Below are positions 49,068 to 59,429 of a DNA stretch of 64,000 bases, piece after piece (the first letter of the stretch is position 1; every line of letters begins with the position of its first letter). The position numbers were made by a program, and so were the translations under genes. The notes under the pieces were generated by a model. It had not been told where the DNA came from, did no database searches, and saw only the letters and a list, made by a program, of their open reading frames with translations. This stretch comes from Candidatus Omnitrophota bacterium. GTDB taxonomy: Bacteria; Omnitrophota; Gorgyraeia; Duberdicusellales; 4484-171. The stretch is from NCBI GenBank assembly GCA_003154195.1, contig PMCS01000006.1:17676-81675 (forward strand), read 5' to 3'.

Positions 49068-49281
49068 GAGTTTTTGCTCCTGAAATCCGGCCTCAGGGAA
49101 TATGCCGTCTTGGCCGAATTCATCTTATTTTTACGAAGCGGGTTCCCGCAATAAAAGTATTTTTGTTTATAAGCGGGATTAACTACCCTATTGAAAAGAT
49201 ACCATAATTTTTATTAAGTATCAAGGAGAAAGTGTAAATTATTTGTTGCGCGCCGCGATTTTAGTTTGTATACTATAAAAA

Positions 49282-49393
49282 TAGGGTTAAGGATTCGGGT
49301 CAAGATGCTGGCATGAGTGATGGTTAAGGTTGAATTTTTTAAAGTCATAACCCCATCCCTAGCCTACACGGGTATCTTAACCCTGACCCTTAC
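49282..49393. repeat. 6-mer periodic inverted repeat
   Basis: agggtt/aaggat/tcgggt units mirrored by aaccct/gaccct units; similar element at 55314-55431. Confidence 0.65.
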
Positions 49394-49413
49394 CGATTTA
49401 TTTAAGGAGGTGC

Positions 49414-50499
49414 GTGATGCGCGATTATAACGAAAGCATAAACCCGGAAATAGTCGAGAAGCCCGATTTATTTTTTTCCCGCCTCAAGGAATTCTTTTTT
49501 AAATTTATTTTGCCGGCGATTATCTTAATCGTAATTTTTAAAACTTGCTTTATTTATATCAAGCCCAACGAATTCGGTATAAAGCAGGTAAACATCGGCT
49601 TTCGGACCGGCCTCCAGCATACGGTATATCAGACGGGTTTTCATTTTTTAATGCCGTTTGGTTTCGAGATGATGCACCGTTTCCCGAAAAATATTCAGGT
49701 ATTTGAACTTACCAATTCTCCCCTGACGGCTTCGGCGGGATCGCGCCTTGAGAAAGCCGCGCATATCCAGACTTCCGATGGATTTTTCGTGGATGTCGAC
49801 GTTAGTATAATCTATCGCATTGATGACCCTTATAAAGTTATAACTACGGTTGGCCCGGGCCTGCTTTATGAAGATAGCGCTATTATCCCCAAGGTCGAAC
49901 CAAAACTTAAGGAATCTTTAGGCGAGATGACGACTGAAGAGTTTTATAATAGCCCGTTACGGGTTAAAAAAGTAGCCAGGGCGAAAGAATTGCTGAATAA
50001 AGAATTAGAGCCCAAGGGCATCAAGGTTGAACATGTATTGGTGCGTTATTTTATTTATAGCGAAGAGATCCAGCGCAATATTGAAGAGAAAAAATTAAAG
50101 GACCAGCTGGTGTTTACTAACCAGGCTAAAGCAAGGGCCACGGCGGAAGAGGCGCTGGTCAAAAAAACCACGCAGGAAGGGGCGGCGAATATTAAAGTTA
50201 AGTTAGAGGAAGGCAGGGCATACGCGGTAAGAACGATAGCGGAAAAAGATTTGTATGTGCGCACCAAGAAAGCCGAGGGCGATCTTCTGGTAAAACTTGC
50301 CGAGGCGAGGAAAACCGAATTAATCAACCAGGCCTATCAGAAGAGCGGTTCCGATAAGTTAATCGGCCTTAAGATGGCCGAAGTGTACAAAGGGTTAGAC
50401 GTGATTATGCTTTCTTCCAGCGGCCAGTATGGGATAAACCCCCTGAATTTAGAAAATTCCTTAAAGATGTTCGGCATCGAGGATAAAGGCGATAAGTGA
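49414..50499 (+). CDS. SPFH/band-7 domain protein
   Basis: TM segment then YIKPNEFGI, IQTSDGFFVDVDVSIIYRI, coiled-coil tail. Confidence 0.88.
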   Translation: MMRDYNESINPEIVEKPDLFFSRLKEFFFKFILPAIILIVIFKTCFIYIKPNEFGIKQVNIGFRTGLQHTVYQTGFHFLMPFGFEMMHRFPKNIQVFELTNSPLTASAGSRLEKAAHIQTSDGFFVDVDVSIIYRIDDPYKVITTVGPGLLYEDSAIIPKVEPKLKESLGEMTTEEFYNSPLRVKKVARAKELLNKELEPKGIKVEHVLVRYFIYSEEIQRNIEEKKLKDQLVFTNQAKARATAEEALVKKTTQEGAANIKVKLEEGRAYAVRTIAEKDLYVRTKKAEGDLLVKLAEARKTELINQAYQKSGSDKLIGLKMAEVYKGLDVIMLSSSGQYGINPLNLENSLKMFGIEDKGDK

Positions 50500-50811
50500 C
50501 GTTGTGAGAAATGAGGGAGATTGATGAAGAAGGGAAAATAGGAAATTACCACAGAGGCCACGGAGGAAGAATTAATCCTCTGTGTTCTCTTAAATGAAGA
50601 ATAGCACATAAACCAATAACCAAGGAAAATAAGAAAGAAAATTTTTGCAATATCTAAAATCGTAAAGTTTGTTTTTTAAAGAAAGGTTTAAGGAAGATAT
50701 AAAAGGGTTTGTAATTCAGGAGTACACAGAGATAAGAAAAAATTATAATTCATTGTTATCCAATAATTTCTCTGTGGTTAGAAGACTGCAGAGGATAATA
50801 TGGAGGGCAGA

Positions 50812-51849
50812 ATGGCGAAAATACAAAAATTCAATAATTTCATCGTTCCGGCAATCGTAATCGGAGTTATCGCGGCGTTTTTTCCTCATTCCACGAAATC
50901 AACGGAAGTGGGTGTGCGCGTGATCAAGTGGTCGCCTTTCGTCAAGAAAGGCGTTCTTCAGATGGTTTACGCTCCCGGCGCGACCTATTTCTTCCCTCCG
51001 ATAATAAACGAGTGGTATGTTTTTGATACCAAGCTTCATAATATGGAGTTGACTACAGTCGGTAATCGAGGCGCGCGCCCCGGCAGAGACGACCTTGTTT
51101 TTAAAACCATCGATGGCAACGATATCGGCCTTGACGTTATATTTTCTTATCGTATCGATCCGACAAAGGCGCATTATATTTTAGAATATGTCGCTAAGAA
51201 TAATACAGAATTGGAGGAGAAGGTTGTCCGTACGTTGACTCGCAGTAGCGCCCGTGATATTTTCGGCGAATTAAAAACGGAAGATTTTTATGTCGCGGAT
51301 AAGCGCACGGAAAAAGCGGACATGGTAAAAGAAGCCTTAAATGGCGTTCTTAATCCTTATGGTGTGATTGTGGAAAGCGTTTTGCCTAAAGATTATCGTT
51401 TTAACGAGGCTTATCAGCAAGCGATTGAAGATAAGAAGATTGCCGATCAGATGGCGGAACGTTTTAAATCGGAAACAAAAGCGACGTTTGAGGAATACCG
51501 CCAGAAGCTTCAGGACGCCCAGGGCGAGGTGAATAAGGTGGTGGCCGATATTAACGGTGAGTATGCTAAGGCGAAAATCGGCGCCGACGCTTACTACGAA
51601 CAGCAAGCGCTGATCGCTAAAGCCATTGAAATCGAAGGTATCGCTGAGGCTAAAGGTATCGAAAAAATGATTGAAGCGCTTAATTCCAGCGGCGGGAAAA
51701 CCATGGTCAAGCTGAAACTTGCCGAGGCTTTAATCGGTAAAAAGATTTATCTATTGCCGTTTTCCGACGCCGGCGGGCTCGATTTAAAAACTACCAATGT
51801 CAATGATCTCTTACGGGTTTACGGAACCCAGAAACTTGGCGGAGAATAA
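50812..51849 (+). CDS. SPFH/band-7 domain protein
   Basis: TEVGVR, FKTIDGNDIGLDVIFSYRID, YQQAIEDKK coiled coil. Confidence 0.88.
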   Translation: MAKIQKFNNFIVPAIVIGVIAAFFPHSTKSTEVGVRVIKWSPFVKKGVLQMVYAPGATYFFPPIINEWYVFDTKLHNMELTTVGNRGARPGRDDLVFKTIDGNDIGLDVIFSYRIDPTKAHYILEYVAKNNTELEEKVVRTLTRSSARDIFGELKTEDFYVADKRTEKADMVKEALNGVLNPYGVIVESVLPKDYRFNEAYQQAIEDKKIADQMAERFKSETKATFEEYRQKLQDAQGEVNKVVADINGEYAKAKIGADAYYEQQALIAKAIEIEGIAEAKGIEKMIEALNSSGGKTMVKLKLAEALIGKKIYLLPFSDAGGLDLKTTNVNDLLRVYGTQKLGGE

Positions 51850-51902
51850 TTTTTTATTCCTATTTTAAATTATTTCCCCCATCAGCGAAGCTGATGAGCA
51901 GA

Positions 51903-52127
51903 TATTTTTTTACGCAGTAAACCCCTCCACCGATGTTCCGGGGTTCACCGCCTTCCTAAAATTAATATATCGAGGAAGCGGGATCCCGCCGAGTCGCTAC
52001 TCAGACGCAGGCGGGAAATTCGGCTATCCCCTTACGGGGATAATTCAACTAAGCCCGGGGTACCGGGCAAGTTTCATTACCACCTCGTGCTACGCCTTTC
52101 GGACTTGCGCTCGGTTAAGCCTCATTA
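51903..52127 (+). repeat. Composite palindromic element (CTCATTA family, long form)
   Basis: Colinear modules with 34179-34433; ends aagcctcatta just before purU. Confidence 0.8.
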
Positions 52128-52134
52128 AAAATAT

Positions 52135-52986
52135 ATGAATAACGCTATTTTACTCATTTCCTGTCCGGATCGGCGGGGAATAACTGCGGCGGTCACCAAT
52201 TTCGTTTATCAAAACAACGGCAATATCGAGCATGCCGACCAGCATATCGACGCCCAGACTAATACTTTTTTTATGCGCATCGAATGGGCGCTCGACGGTT
52301 TCCGGATTGCCCGTGACGCGATTGCCGGGAAGTTCAGTCCAATCGCGAAAAAATTTACGATGACCTGGCCGCTTTATTTCAGCGATCGGCTGCCCCGCGC
52401 GGCGATTTTTGTTTCCGGCCATACCCATGTCCTCTACGATTTGCTTTTACGCTATAAAGAAAAACAATTCAATTGCGAGATCCCCCTGATCATTAGCAAC
52501 CGCTCCGACGCGCGCCATATCGCCGATAATTTTGGGATTGAATATTATGAATTCGCTAAAACTTCGAAAAATAAAAACAGCGTGGAAAAAAAAGAAATCG
52601 CCCTGCTTGCGCAGAAAGGTATCGATACGATTGTTTTAGCGCGTTATATGCAGATTCTGTCAAAAAATTTCGTAAACCGTTTTCCTGACCGCATTATCAA
52701 TATCCACCACTCCTTTTTACCTGCTTTCGCCGGCGCCAATCCCTACGCGCAGGCTTATAACCGCGGCGTAAAAATTATCGGCGCGACCAGCCATTACGCA
52801 ACCCCTAAGTTAGACGCCGGCCCGATTATTGAGCAGGATACCTGCCGCATCAGCCACCGCGATTCGATTGATGACCTGAAGCGTAAAAGCATGGATTTGG
52901 AAAAGGTCGTTTTAGCCCGTGCCTTGCGCTGGCACCTCGAGCGCAAAATCCTCGTTTATAATAACAAAACCGTAGTCTTCGATTAA
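52135..52986 (+). CDS. purU: Formyltetrahydrofolate deformylase
   Basis: ACT domain SCPDRRGI, LARYMQIL, INIHHSFLP, GVKIIGATSH. Confidence 0.97.
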   Translation: MNNAILLISCPDRRGITAAVTNFVYQNNGNIEHADQHIDAQTNTFFMRIEWALDGFRIARDAIAGKFSPIAKKFTMTWPLYFSDRLPRAAIFVSGHTHVLYDLLLRYKEKQFNCEIPLIISNRSDARHIADNFGIEYYEFAKTSKNKNSVEKKEIALLAQKGIDTIVLARYMQILSKNFVNRFPDRIINIHHSFLPAFAGANPYAQAYNRGVKIIGATSHYATPKLDAGPIIEQDTCRISHRDSIDDLKRKSMDLEKVVLARALRWHLERKILVYNNKTVVFD

Positions 52987-53041
52987 TACAAATGATAGTG
53001 ATAATAGTGATAGGGGACACCCTTCATAACTTATTGCACAC

Positions 53042-53341
53042 CAAAAAGTTATAAATAAATTACTTACTTCGTCGTCCGCGCCCTTTGGGGTAAAATCGCT
53101 CGCCAAATTTAGCCAACTGGGTAAGGAAGTGGTCAGAGCCTATTGCCGGGACACTGCTTTTGAATAATTTTGTCTCTTCCCGATTATCTTGACTTACCCA
53201 TTGCTTATATTGCTGGGGATCGGTTAACCCATGCCCTTCAATTTCGGGATCGATATCGGTAATGCCGTCGTTTAACCCATTAAGCAGCGGAATGGTCCAA
53301 AAGATGAAAACGAACGTAATTACGCTTATAATCAGGACGCG
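53042..53341 (+). pseudogene. Probable frameshifted 5' remnant of the 53342-54217 module
   Basis: Protein-like stretches in alternating frames (LLTSSSAPFG..., LPDYLDLPIAYIAGD...) interrupted by stops; no RBS before 53342. Confidence 0.4.
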
Positions 53342-54217
53342 ATGATGAGGATGTTCGCGGGGTTTTTTCTCAACGTCGAAGCTGTTGATATTGAAAGTTT
53401 TCGTAAGTTTATTTGCGATATGCACGAAGTTTTGCTGAAGGGACCGGAAGGGAAAACTCCTTATATGCCGGAGCTTTCGGCAGAGCTTTATGGTGCCAGA
53501 TATGCTGAAGAAATGGGAGAGAGTATTGTACATCGTGCGCGCGCGCTTCAATGGAGCCAGGAACTATCCGAGCGATTACTGAAAATATTAAAAAATATCA
53601 AGGGAGAATACCTTAACAACGATCGCAGGGTTACCCTTGGATTGTTGGTCGGTATCGCTCAATTTTATTTTTACGGTCTGAGAAGATACCCCTTTCTCGG
53701 TGGTAATAATTCTCTACTCATGAACATTGTTAATGATTTATTACTCCTATGCTTGGGTAAGCGGTATTTCATAGGAAACATTGATTCTGTTCATTCTTAT
53801 GCCTGGGACGATAAAAATCGGCCGGAGCTTCTTTACGCGTATTTTTTACAACGGGTGAAGATCGCCAACTCCGATAACGATAAAGTAAATTGGACGCCGG
53901 AAAAATTGGCAAGATTTAATATCACCCAGGCGGATTTTGACGATATAATAAAATATCTTTCAAGGCAGTCGCAAAGGGACGATCTCAGTTCCAGCCCAAC
54001 CGATTTTGGCGCCGCCAAAATTGATGACGGATTTTTCGCGGCAGCGGAAAATCCGGGGGGTATTGACTTCCGCCGTAAGAATTTCGGTCTCAGTTCGTCG
54101 CCCGCCGCCTCCGCTGTCGGCACCGCTTCCCCGGTTTCCGAGATAACCGGCCTCACCTTTACGATCATTTCCCTCACCGATATACCGCCGAAGGAATTAG
54201 CCTTGTTGATAAACTAA
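53342..54217 (+). CDS. Degenerate Fic-like domain plus giant-protein-type C-terminal tail
   Basis: YPFLGGNNSLLMN resembles the Fic motif HPFxxGNGR; LSSSP twice; GGIDF ... GLTFTIISL tail. Confidence 0.65.
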   Translation: MMRMFAGFFLNVEAVDIESFRKFICDMHEVLLKGPEGKTPYMPELSAELYGARYAEEMGESIVHRARALQWSQELSERLLKILKNIKGEYLNNDRRVTLGLLVGIAQFYFYGLRRYPFLGGNNSLLMNIVNDLLLLCLGKRYFIGNIDSVHSYAWDDKNRPELLYAYFLQRVKIANSDNDKVNWTPEKLARFNITQADFDDIIKYLSRQSQRDDLSSSPTDFGAAKIDDGFFAAAENPGGIDFRRKNFGLSSSPAASAVGTASPVSEITGLTFTIISLTDIPPKELALLIN

Positions 54218-54360
54218 ATTCGGCCAAAATTGCATTTTAACATATGAAGCTGGTAGGCTTAGCGCATCCCCGCCCTTTTTTACCGATGAATAATCGATTA
54301 AGGTATAAAAGGGCGGGGTTAATTCGGCTGCCATCTCACGAGAAGCCTCATTAAAAATAA

Positions 54361-54389
54361 TTGACAAAGCTTATCCGACGACGTACAAT
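54361..54389 (+). promoter_or_regulatory. sigma70-type promoter of the por operon
   Basis: TTGACA-17 bp-TACAAT. Confidence 0.6.
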
Positions 54390-54476
54390 AAAGCTTCGTT
54401 TTTTATATAATCTTAAAAAATTGCCGGTTTCAACCGGTGATTGGTATTTATTTTTTGCGGAGCAAAAAAGAAACAT

Positions 54477-55022
54477 ATGAAAGAATTAAAAATCTTTGCC
54501 CGAGCCGGACAGGGTGCGATCACTACCGCCGCTATTTTAGGGGAAGCGTTTTTCCACCAGAAGATTTACGCTTACGCTTTCCCCAACTTCGGAGCGGCGC
54601 GGATGGGCGCCCCCATGAACGCTTTTTTGCGTTACGATAATAACCCCGTCAGGTTACGTTCCCAGATTTATAATCCCGATTCGATTATTGTAGTCGATCC
54701 CACGCTGTTCAAGAGCCAGAATTGTTTTGCCGGAATGAAAGACGGTAGCGTGGCGATTATTGCTATCCGTGAAGGGATAAAAGTCGAAGCGCCGAAAAAT
54801 ATTAAAGTTGTAAGCTTACCGGCCGAGCAGATTGCTATGGAAATCATCGGCAGGCCGTTCAGCAATACGGTATTGATGGGCGCGTTTTGTAAAGCCACCG
54901 GAGATTTAAAACTAGAATCGTTGATTGAAGCGGTAAAGATACAATTTGCCGATAAACCGGAAGTATTAGATAAAAATATTCAGGCGGTAAAGAAGGGATT
55001 TGAACTTGGGGCCGCTTCTTAA
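54477..55022 (+). CDS. porC: Pyruvate/2-oxoacid:ferredoxin oxidoreductase gamma subunit
   Basis: ARAGQGAITTA, AFPNFGAARMGAP, NTVLMGA. Confidence 0.9.
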   Translation: MKELKIFARAGQGAITTAAILGEAFFHQKIYAYAFPNFGAARMGAPMNAFLRYDNNPVRLRSQIYNPDSIIVVDPTLFKSQNCFAGMKDGSVAIIAIREGIKVEAPKNIKVVSLPAEQIAMEIIGRPFSNTVLMGAFCKATGDLKLESLIEAVKIQFADKPEVLDKNIQAVKKGFELGAAS

Positions 55023-55056
55023 GCTCATTTAGAGTTATGCAAAACGGAGATCAAAC

Positions 55057-55308
55057 GTGTTCAGCGTATTAGCAAGCAAAGGAAAGACTTCCCGAAATAA
55101 TAAAACCGGTTCCTGGCGGACATTTAAAAAACCCAATTTTTTACAGAAGAACTGTATCAATTGCGGATTGTGCAAATTAGTTTGTCCGGAAACCTGCATT
55201 ACCGGTAAAGAGAAAAATCAATATTATCCCGATTATGATTACTGCAAGGGCTGTGGGCTTTGTGCCTATATTTGCCCTAAGAAAGATATAGAAATGGTGA
55301 AAGAATAA
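55057..55308 (+). CDS. porD: POR delta subunit, 2x[4Fe-4S]
   Basis: KTGSWR, CINCGLC..CP, DYCKGCGLCAYICP. Confidence 0.92.
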   Translation: MFSVLASKGKTSRNNKTGSWRTFKKPNFLQKNCINCGLCKLVCPETCITGKEKNQYYPDYDYCKGCGLCAYICPKKDIEMVKE

Positions 55309-55449
55309 AAACCGGATTAAGGCTAGGGCTAGGAAGCCGGTTTGGGCTATGGTAATGGTTAGGGCTGATACGAATTACAGCTTTAACCTTAACCCTGATC
55401 CATACGGGCATCGTTACCCTTACCCTAACCAAATAAAAAGGTATTTGTT

Positions 55450-56625
55450 ATGAAACAATTTATAGAGGGTTCCTGGGCGATGGCTTACGCGGCGAAGTTG
55501 TGCCGGCCGCAAGTGGTTTCCGCTTATCCAATAACGCCTCAAACTCATATCGTTGAGCATATGGCAGAATTTGTCGCTAGCGGTGAACTCGCGGCCGAAT
55601 CGGTGAACGTGGAAAGTGAACATTCCGCGGCCTCGCTCGTTTTGGGCGCTCAGGCTACGGGCGTCAGGACATTTACCGCTACCAGCTCGCAGGGCCTGTT
55701 TTTAATGCAGGAGGTAGTGTTTAACATTGCCGGGATGCGTTTGCCGGTAATGATGGTTTGCGCCAACCGCGCTATCTCGGCGCCGATAAATATCTGGAAC
55801 GACCAGCAGGATTCCATTGCCTTGCGCGACGCCGGTTGGGTTCAGCTATACGCGGAAAATAACCAGGAAGCGCTCGATTTGATTATCGCGGGCTACAAAA
55901 TCGGGGAAAACCCCAAAATTATGCTCCCGATTATGGTTTGCGTGGACGGTTTTATCCTTACTCACGGCATGGAAACCGTAGATATGCCCACTCAGGAAGA
56001 AGTCGATAAATTTCTGCCGAAATACAACCCGCCTTACAAGCTTGATGTGGAAAATCCCATGAGTTTAGGTTTATTGGGCGATCCCACGGTTTATTTAGAA
56101 AATCGATACGCTCTGCATAAAACATTAGAAGAGGTTATACCGGAAATCAATAAAGTGGGGGCGGAGTACAAAAAGGCTTTCGGCCGGGATAGCATCCGTT
56201 TAGTCGAAGAGTATAAGCTCGACGACGCAGAAATTGCCTTAGTCGCGATGGGTTCGGTATGCGGCTCGATTAAAGACGTTGTCGACCAGGAACGCGCCAA
56301 AGGGGCCAAGGTCGGTATGCTTAAAATTGTTTCCTACCGTCCCTTCCCCGGCGAAGCGATAAAGAAAGCGCTTGCTAAAGTTTCTTGCGTGGGAATTCTC
56401 GATAAAAATATTTCTTTAGGCGCGGCCGGCGCGGTATACACGGAAATCAATTCCCTGATGGCCGGCCAGAACAAAAAAGTCAGCGGTTTTGTCGCCGGCT
56501 TGGGTGGAAGAGATATCACGCCCCAGACGATTCAGGAAATAATCAAAACAACAAAAAACGAGGTTAACGCCTGCAAATTTATCGGGTTGAATAAAGAATT
56601 ACTCTGGGATGAATTCCGTGTATAA
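55450..56625 (+). CDS. porA: POR alpha subunit
   Basis: AYPITPQT, VESEHSA, TATSSQG, GLGGRD. Confidence 0.94.
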   Translation: MKQFIEGSWAMAYAAKLCRPQVVSAYPITPQTHIVEHMAEFVASGELAAESVNVESEHSAASLVLGAQATGVRTFTATSSQGLFLMQEVVFNIAGMRLPVMMVCANRAISAPINIWNDQQDSIALRDAGWVQLYAENNQEALDLIIAGYKIGENPKIMLPIMVCVDGFILTHGMETVDMPTQEEVDKFLPKYNPPYKLDVENPMSLGLLGDPTVYLENRYALHKTLEEVIPEINKVGAEYKKAFGRDSIRLVEEYKLDDAEIALVAMGSVCGSIKDVVDQERAKGAKVGMLKIVSYRPFPGEAIKKALAKVSCVGILDKNISLGAAGAVYTEINSLMAGQNKKVSGFVAGLGGRDITPQTIQEIIKTTKNEVNACKFIGLNKELLWDEFRV

Positions 56626-56753
56626 AAAAATTCCTTGTATGCAATTAGGTGGCGCAATGACGGAATTTTTTTATCCGGCTTGACCGCCAAAAACTTTTGA
56701 CTTTTGACGGGTAACCTTTCTCTTTGTTAAAGGTAGGATAAAAAGATAAAGAT

Positions 56754-57671
56754 ATGAATAATGATGAATTGAATAAAACTGCTTCTCAAACTGCTGAACA
56801 TTTCGACGAACATTGTTTTGTTTCCGGCCATACCGCCTGCGCGGGGTGCGGCCAGTCGCTGGCGGCGCGTTTAGTCGCCGACGTAGCGGGAAAAAATCTA
56901 ATGGTAGTCAATGCTACGGGGTGCCTGGAAGTATTTTCCACCAAGGCGCCGGAAACCGCCTGGGGCATCCCCTGGGTGCATTCGCTTTTTGAGAATGCCG
57001 CGGCAGTGGCCAGCGGCGTTGAGGCGGCATTAAGAGTTACCGGCCAGATCGATAAGGTTCGCGTCATCGCCCAGGGCGGCGACGGAGGAACCGCGGATAT
57101 CGGTTTACAGGCGTTATCGGGGATGCTGGAACGCGGCCATGATGTTTTATATGTTTGTTACGATAACGAAGCTTATATGAATACGGGAATCCAGCGCAGC
57201 GGCCTGACTCCGCTTAACACCAATACCACGACTTCTCCCATCGGCAGCAATTCTTCCGGTAATCCGAAATTCAAAAAACCGCTTCTGGAAATATGCGCGG
57301 CGCATAAGATACCTTACGCCGCTTCGGCCTCGGTAGGCTATCCGCAGGACTTGCAGAAAAAAGTGAAGCGCGCCCTCGATACACGCGGCCCGAAATTTAT
57401 CCATGTCCATGTTCCCTGCCCGTTAGGTTGGGCCGCGGAGCCTTCGTTAACGCTTGAGATTGCCAAACTTGCCGTAGCTTGCGGCCTTTTTCCTCTGGTT
57501 GAATATGAATACGGTAAAGTAACTAAAGTATTTAAGATCGGCGCGGTCAAACCGGTTGCCGATTATATAAAATTACAGGGCAGATTCAAACATCTCGCCA
57601 AAAATCAAGAAGCCTTAAGCGCCCTGCAGAAGGTTGCTGATCAAAATATCGAATATTACGGCCTTAAATAA
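56754..57671 (+). CDS. porB: POR beta subunit
   Basis: GHTACAGCG, ATGCLEV, GGDGG..DIG, YDNEAYMNTG. Confidence 0.94.
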   Translation: MNNDELNKTASQTAEHFDEHCFVSGHTACAGCGQSLAARLVADVAGKNLMVVNATGCLEVFSTKAPETAWGIPWVHSLFENAAAVASGVEAALRVTGQIDKVRVIAQGGDGGTADIGLQALSGMLERGHDVLYVCYDNEAYMNTGIQRSGLTPLNTNTTTSPIGSNSSGNPKFKKPLLEICAAHKIPYAASASVGYPQDLQKKVKRALDTRGPKFIHVHVPCPLGWAAEPSLTLEIAKLAVACGLFPLVEYEYGKVTKVFKIGAVKPVADYIKLQGRFKHLAKNQEALSALQKVADQNIEYYGLK

Positions 57672-57755
57672 GATACCGTAGGGCCGCATGACGTCCGCTT
57701 CCTTCGGAAGCTGGGACGTGGGACGACGGGAAAATTGAAAGCGGAGGTACGAAAA

Positions 57756-57938
57756 ATGAAAATCACGATTGACGAAAATGCTTGCGTGGGATGCGGTTTG
57801 TGCGTATCGGGTTGTCCGGAAGTTTTTGAGATGGCTGATAACGGTATCGCTAAGGTCAAGGCGGTCAAGGCCGGTTGTGGCTGTGATCTTAAAGAAGTTG
57901 CTTCGCAATGCCCGGTAACCGCTATTATCGTTGAATAG
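57756..57938 (+). CDS. Ferredoxin (single cluster)
   Basis: CVGCGLCVSGCPEVFEM ... CPVTAI; GGAGG RBS. Confidence 0.92.
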   Translation: MKITIDENACVGCGLCVSGCPEVFEMADNGIAKVKAVKAGCGCDLKEVASQCPVTAIIVE

Positions 57939-57957
57939 TTTTTCTTAAGGCAGAATT

Positions 57958-57993
57958 AAAAAACCCCCGTTGATTTATCAACGGGGGTTTTTA
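57958..57993. terminator. Bidirectional intrinsic terminator
   Basis: aaaaacccccgttgat-tt-atcaacgggggttttt. Confidence 0.88.
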
Positions 57994-58028
57994 TTTCTAC
58001 AGGCTTGGCAAAGTCGGTGGTAAGTCAC

Positions 58029-59414
58029 TTACTTTTGGTAGGTTTTAAACCCGGTTTCCGCTTTCAGCTTGGCAAGGTATTTGGCTCTTGTCTCGGGTGA
58101 TTGTGAGTGCTTGACGTAGTCGATGTAGCCTTGTTTTTTGGCGGTGAAATCCGCCTGGTCAAACGAGGAAATATCTTTTGCCTGGATAAGGCAGGAACCT
58201 TCGGCCAGTGCCAGCGGTTCCTTGTAAATTTCGTTTTTCTTCAGCGAAAAAATAAGATTTTTAATTTTTGCGTCAAATCCCAATACCGGAACGAATTCGG
58301 AATACCTGAAAAAATCAGTTTCGCCGTACTTAACCTTCGCGTCTTTTTCCAGGGTTTTTAAGTCGGCGATTTTTTCGCCGGTTATTCTTTCCAGCAAAGC
58401 CCGGCAGTATTTATCCGCTAAAACTTTTTTCGCCGCGCGCTCCGCCCGTTTTTTAACTTCGTTCTTTATCTCGGCCAGAGCGGGGATGTAAGCTTCTTCC
58501 TGGCCGGTTTTTTCAATGATACAATAACCTTTTTTTATCTCGATTGCCTCGCCGATTTCCCCCTTTTTTAAGGTAAAAGCAAAATCGTTGATCTCCGGTT
58601 CGTCGCCGATGCCGTAAACCGGGTCTTTGGCCCGGAAATAACCGGTTTCTACCGCGGCCAGGCCGAATTTGGCGGCGAACTCGTCAAGTTTGTCGATTGC
58701 GTCGGCGGCTTTTAAGATTTCGTCTTTTGCGGGGTCATCTTTTGCCACAATCACATATTTTATTTTCGCTTTTGCTTCTTCCTTAAAGGTGTCCTTATTT
58801 TTGTTGTAGAATTCTTCGATTTCCTGGTCGGACGTGTTTACTCGGCCGTCAAAATCATCATCGGATACCAGAAGGTAGGAAATTTTCGCTTTTCGGGTGT
58901 CTTTATCGTACAACTCTCTGATTTGCTTGTCGTCAATCTTGACCGCGGCGTACTTTTCGTAAACTTTTTCTATTTTCATGGTATTGCGCAGCTGTTCTTC
59001 GAAGACGCGCGGTTGTACCCGAAGGGATCTCAACAACCGAAAATAGTTTTCTTTTTTAAACACGCCGCCGAAAGAGAGGGTATCGACAATTTTTTTCGCT
59101 ACCTCTTCGTCGCTTACTTTTATCCGGTCCTTGTCCGCTTTCCAATTTAAAACCAGATAGTCCCAGGCAGTTTTTTTGATCAACTGAGCGGTAAAAGCGT
59201 CTTTTTTCTGGCTGGCATATTGCATTTCTGCCATTCTATAATATGGGAGGAATTCGAAGGAGGATATCTTTCGCTTGGCGATTTCCGCGATTGCGTCGCT
59301 GTCTTTAGTTTTGAAATAAGCGAGGCCGCCCCAGAGCACAAACGCCGGGATGATCATTACGGCCAAAGCGATGAGAATTCTTTTTACATGATGCGCGCGG
59401 AATATCGTAAGCAT
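58029..59414 (-). CDS. SurA/PpiD-like membrane-anchored chaperone
   Basis: N-terminal TM segment (IPAFVLWG), IKVSDEEV, EIEEFYNKNK, degenerate parvulin AFTLKKGEIG. Confidence 0.85.
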   Translation of the reverse strand: MLTIFRAHHVKRILIALAVMIIPAFVLWGGLAYFKTKDSDAIAEIAKRKISSFEFLPYYRMAEMQYASQKKDAFTAQLIKKTAWDYLVLNWKADKDRIKVSDEEVAKKIVDTLSFGGVFKKENYFRLLRSLRVQPRVFEEQLRNTMKIEKVYEKYAAVKIDDKQIRELYDKDTRKAKISYLLVSDDDFDGRVNTSDQEIEEFYNKNKDTFKEEAKAKIKYVIVAKDDPAKDEILKAADAIDKLDEFAAKFGLAAVETGYFRAKDPVYGIGDEPEINDFAFTLKKGEIGEAIEIKKGYCIIEKTGQEEAYIPALAEIKNEVKKRAERAAKKVLADKYCRALLERITGEKIADLKTLEKDAKVKYGETDFFRYSEFVPVLGFDAKIKNLIFSLKKNEIYKEPLALAEGSCLIQAKDISSFDQADFTAKKQGYIDYVKHSQSPETRAKYLAKLKAETGFKTYQK

Positions 59415-59429
59415 TGTTTCTTTCTCCTT

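Noticed and set aside
53060-53551. 163-aa minus-strand ORF
   Set aside because: Antisense to the Fic-like module, with no recognisable motif or RBS
55314-55431. Telomere-like TTAGGG repeats
   Set aside because: Degenerate and arranged as an intergenic inverted pair; better explained as a periodic palindrome
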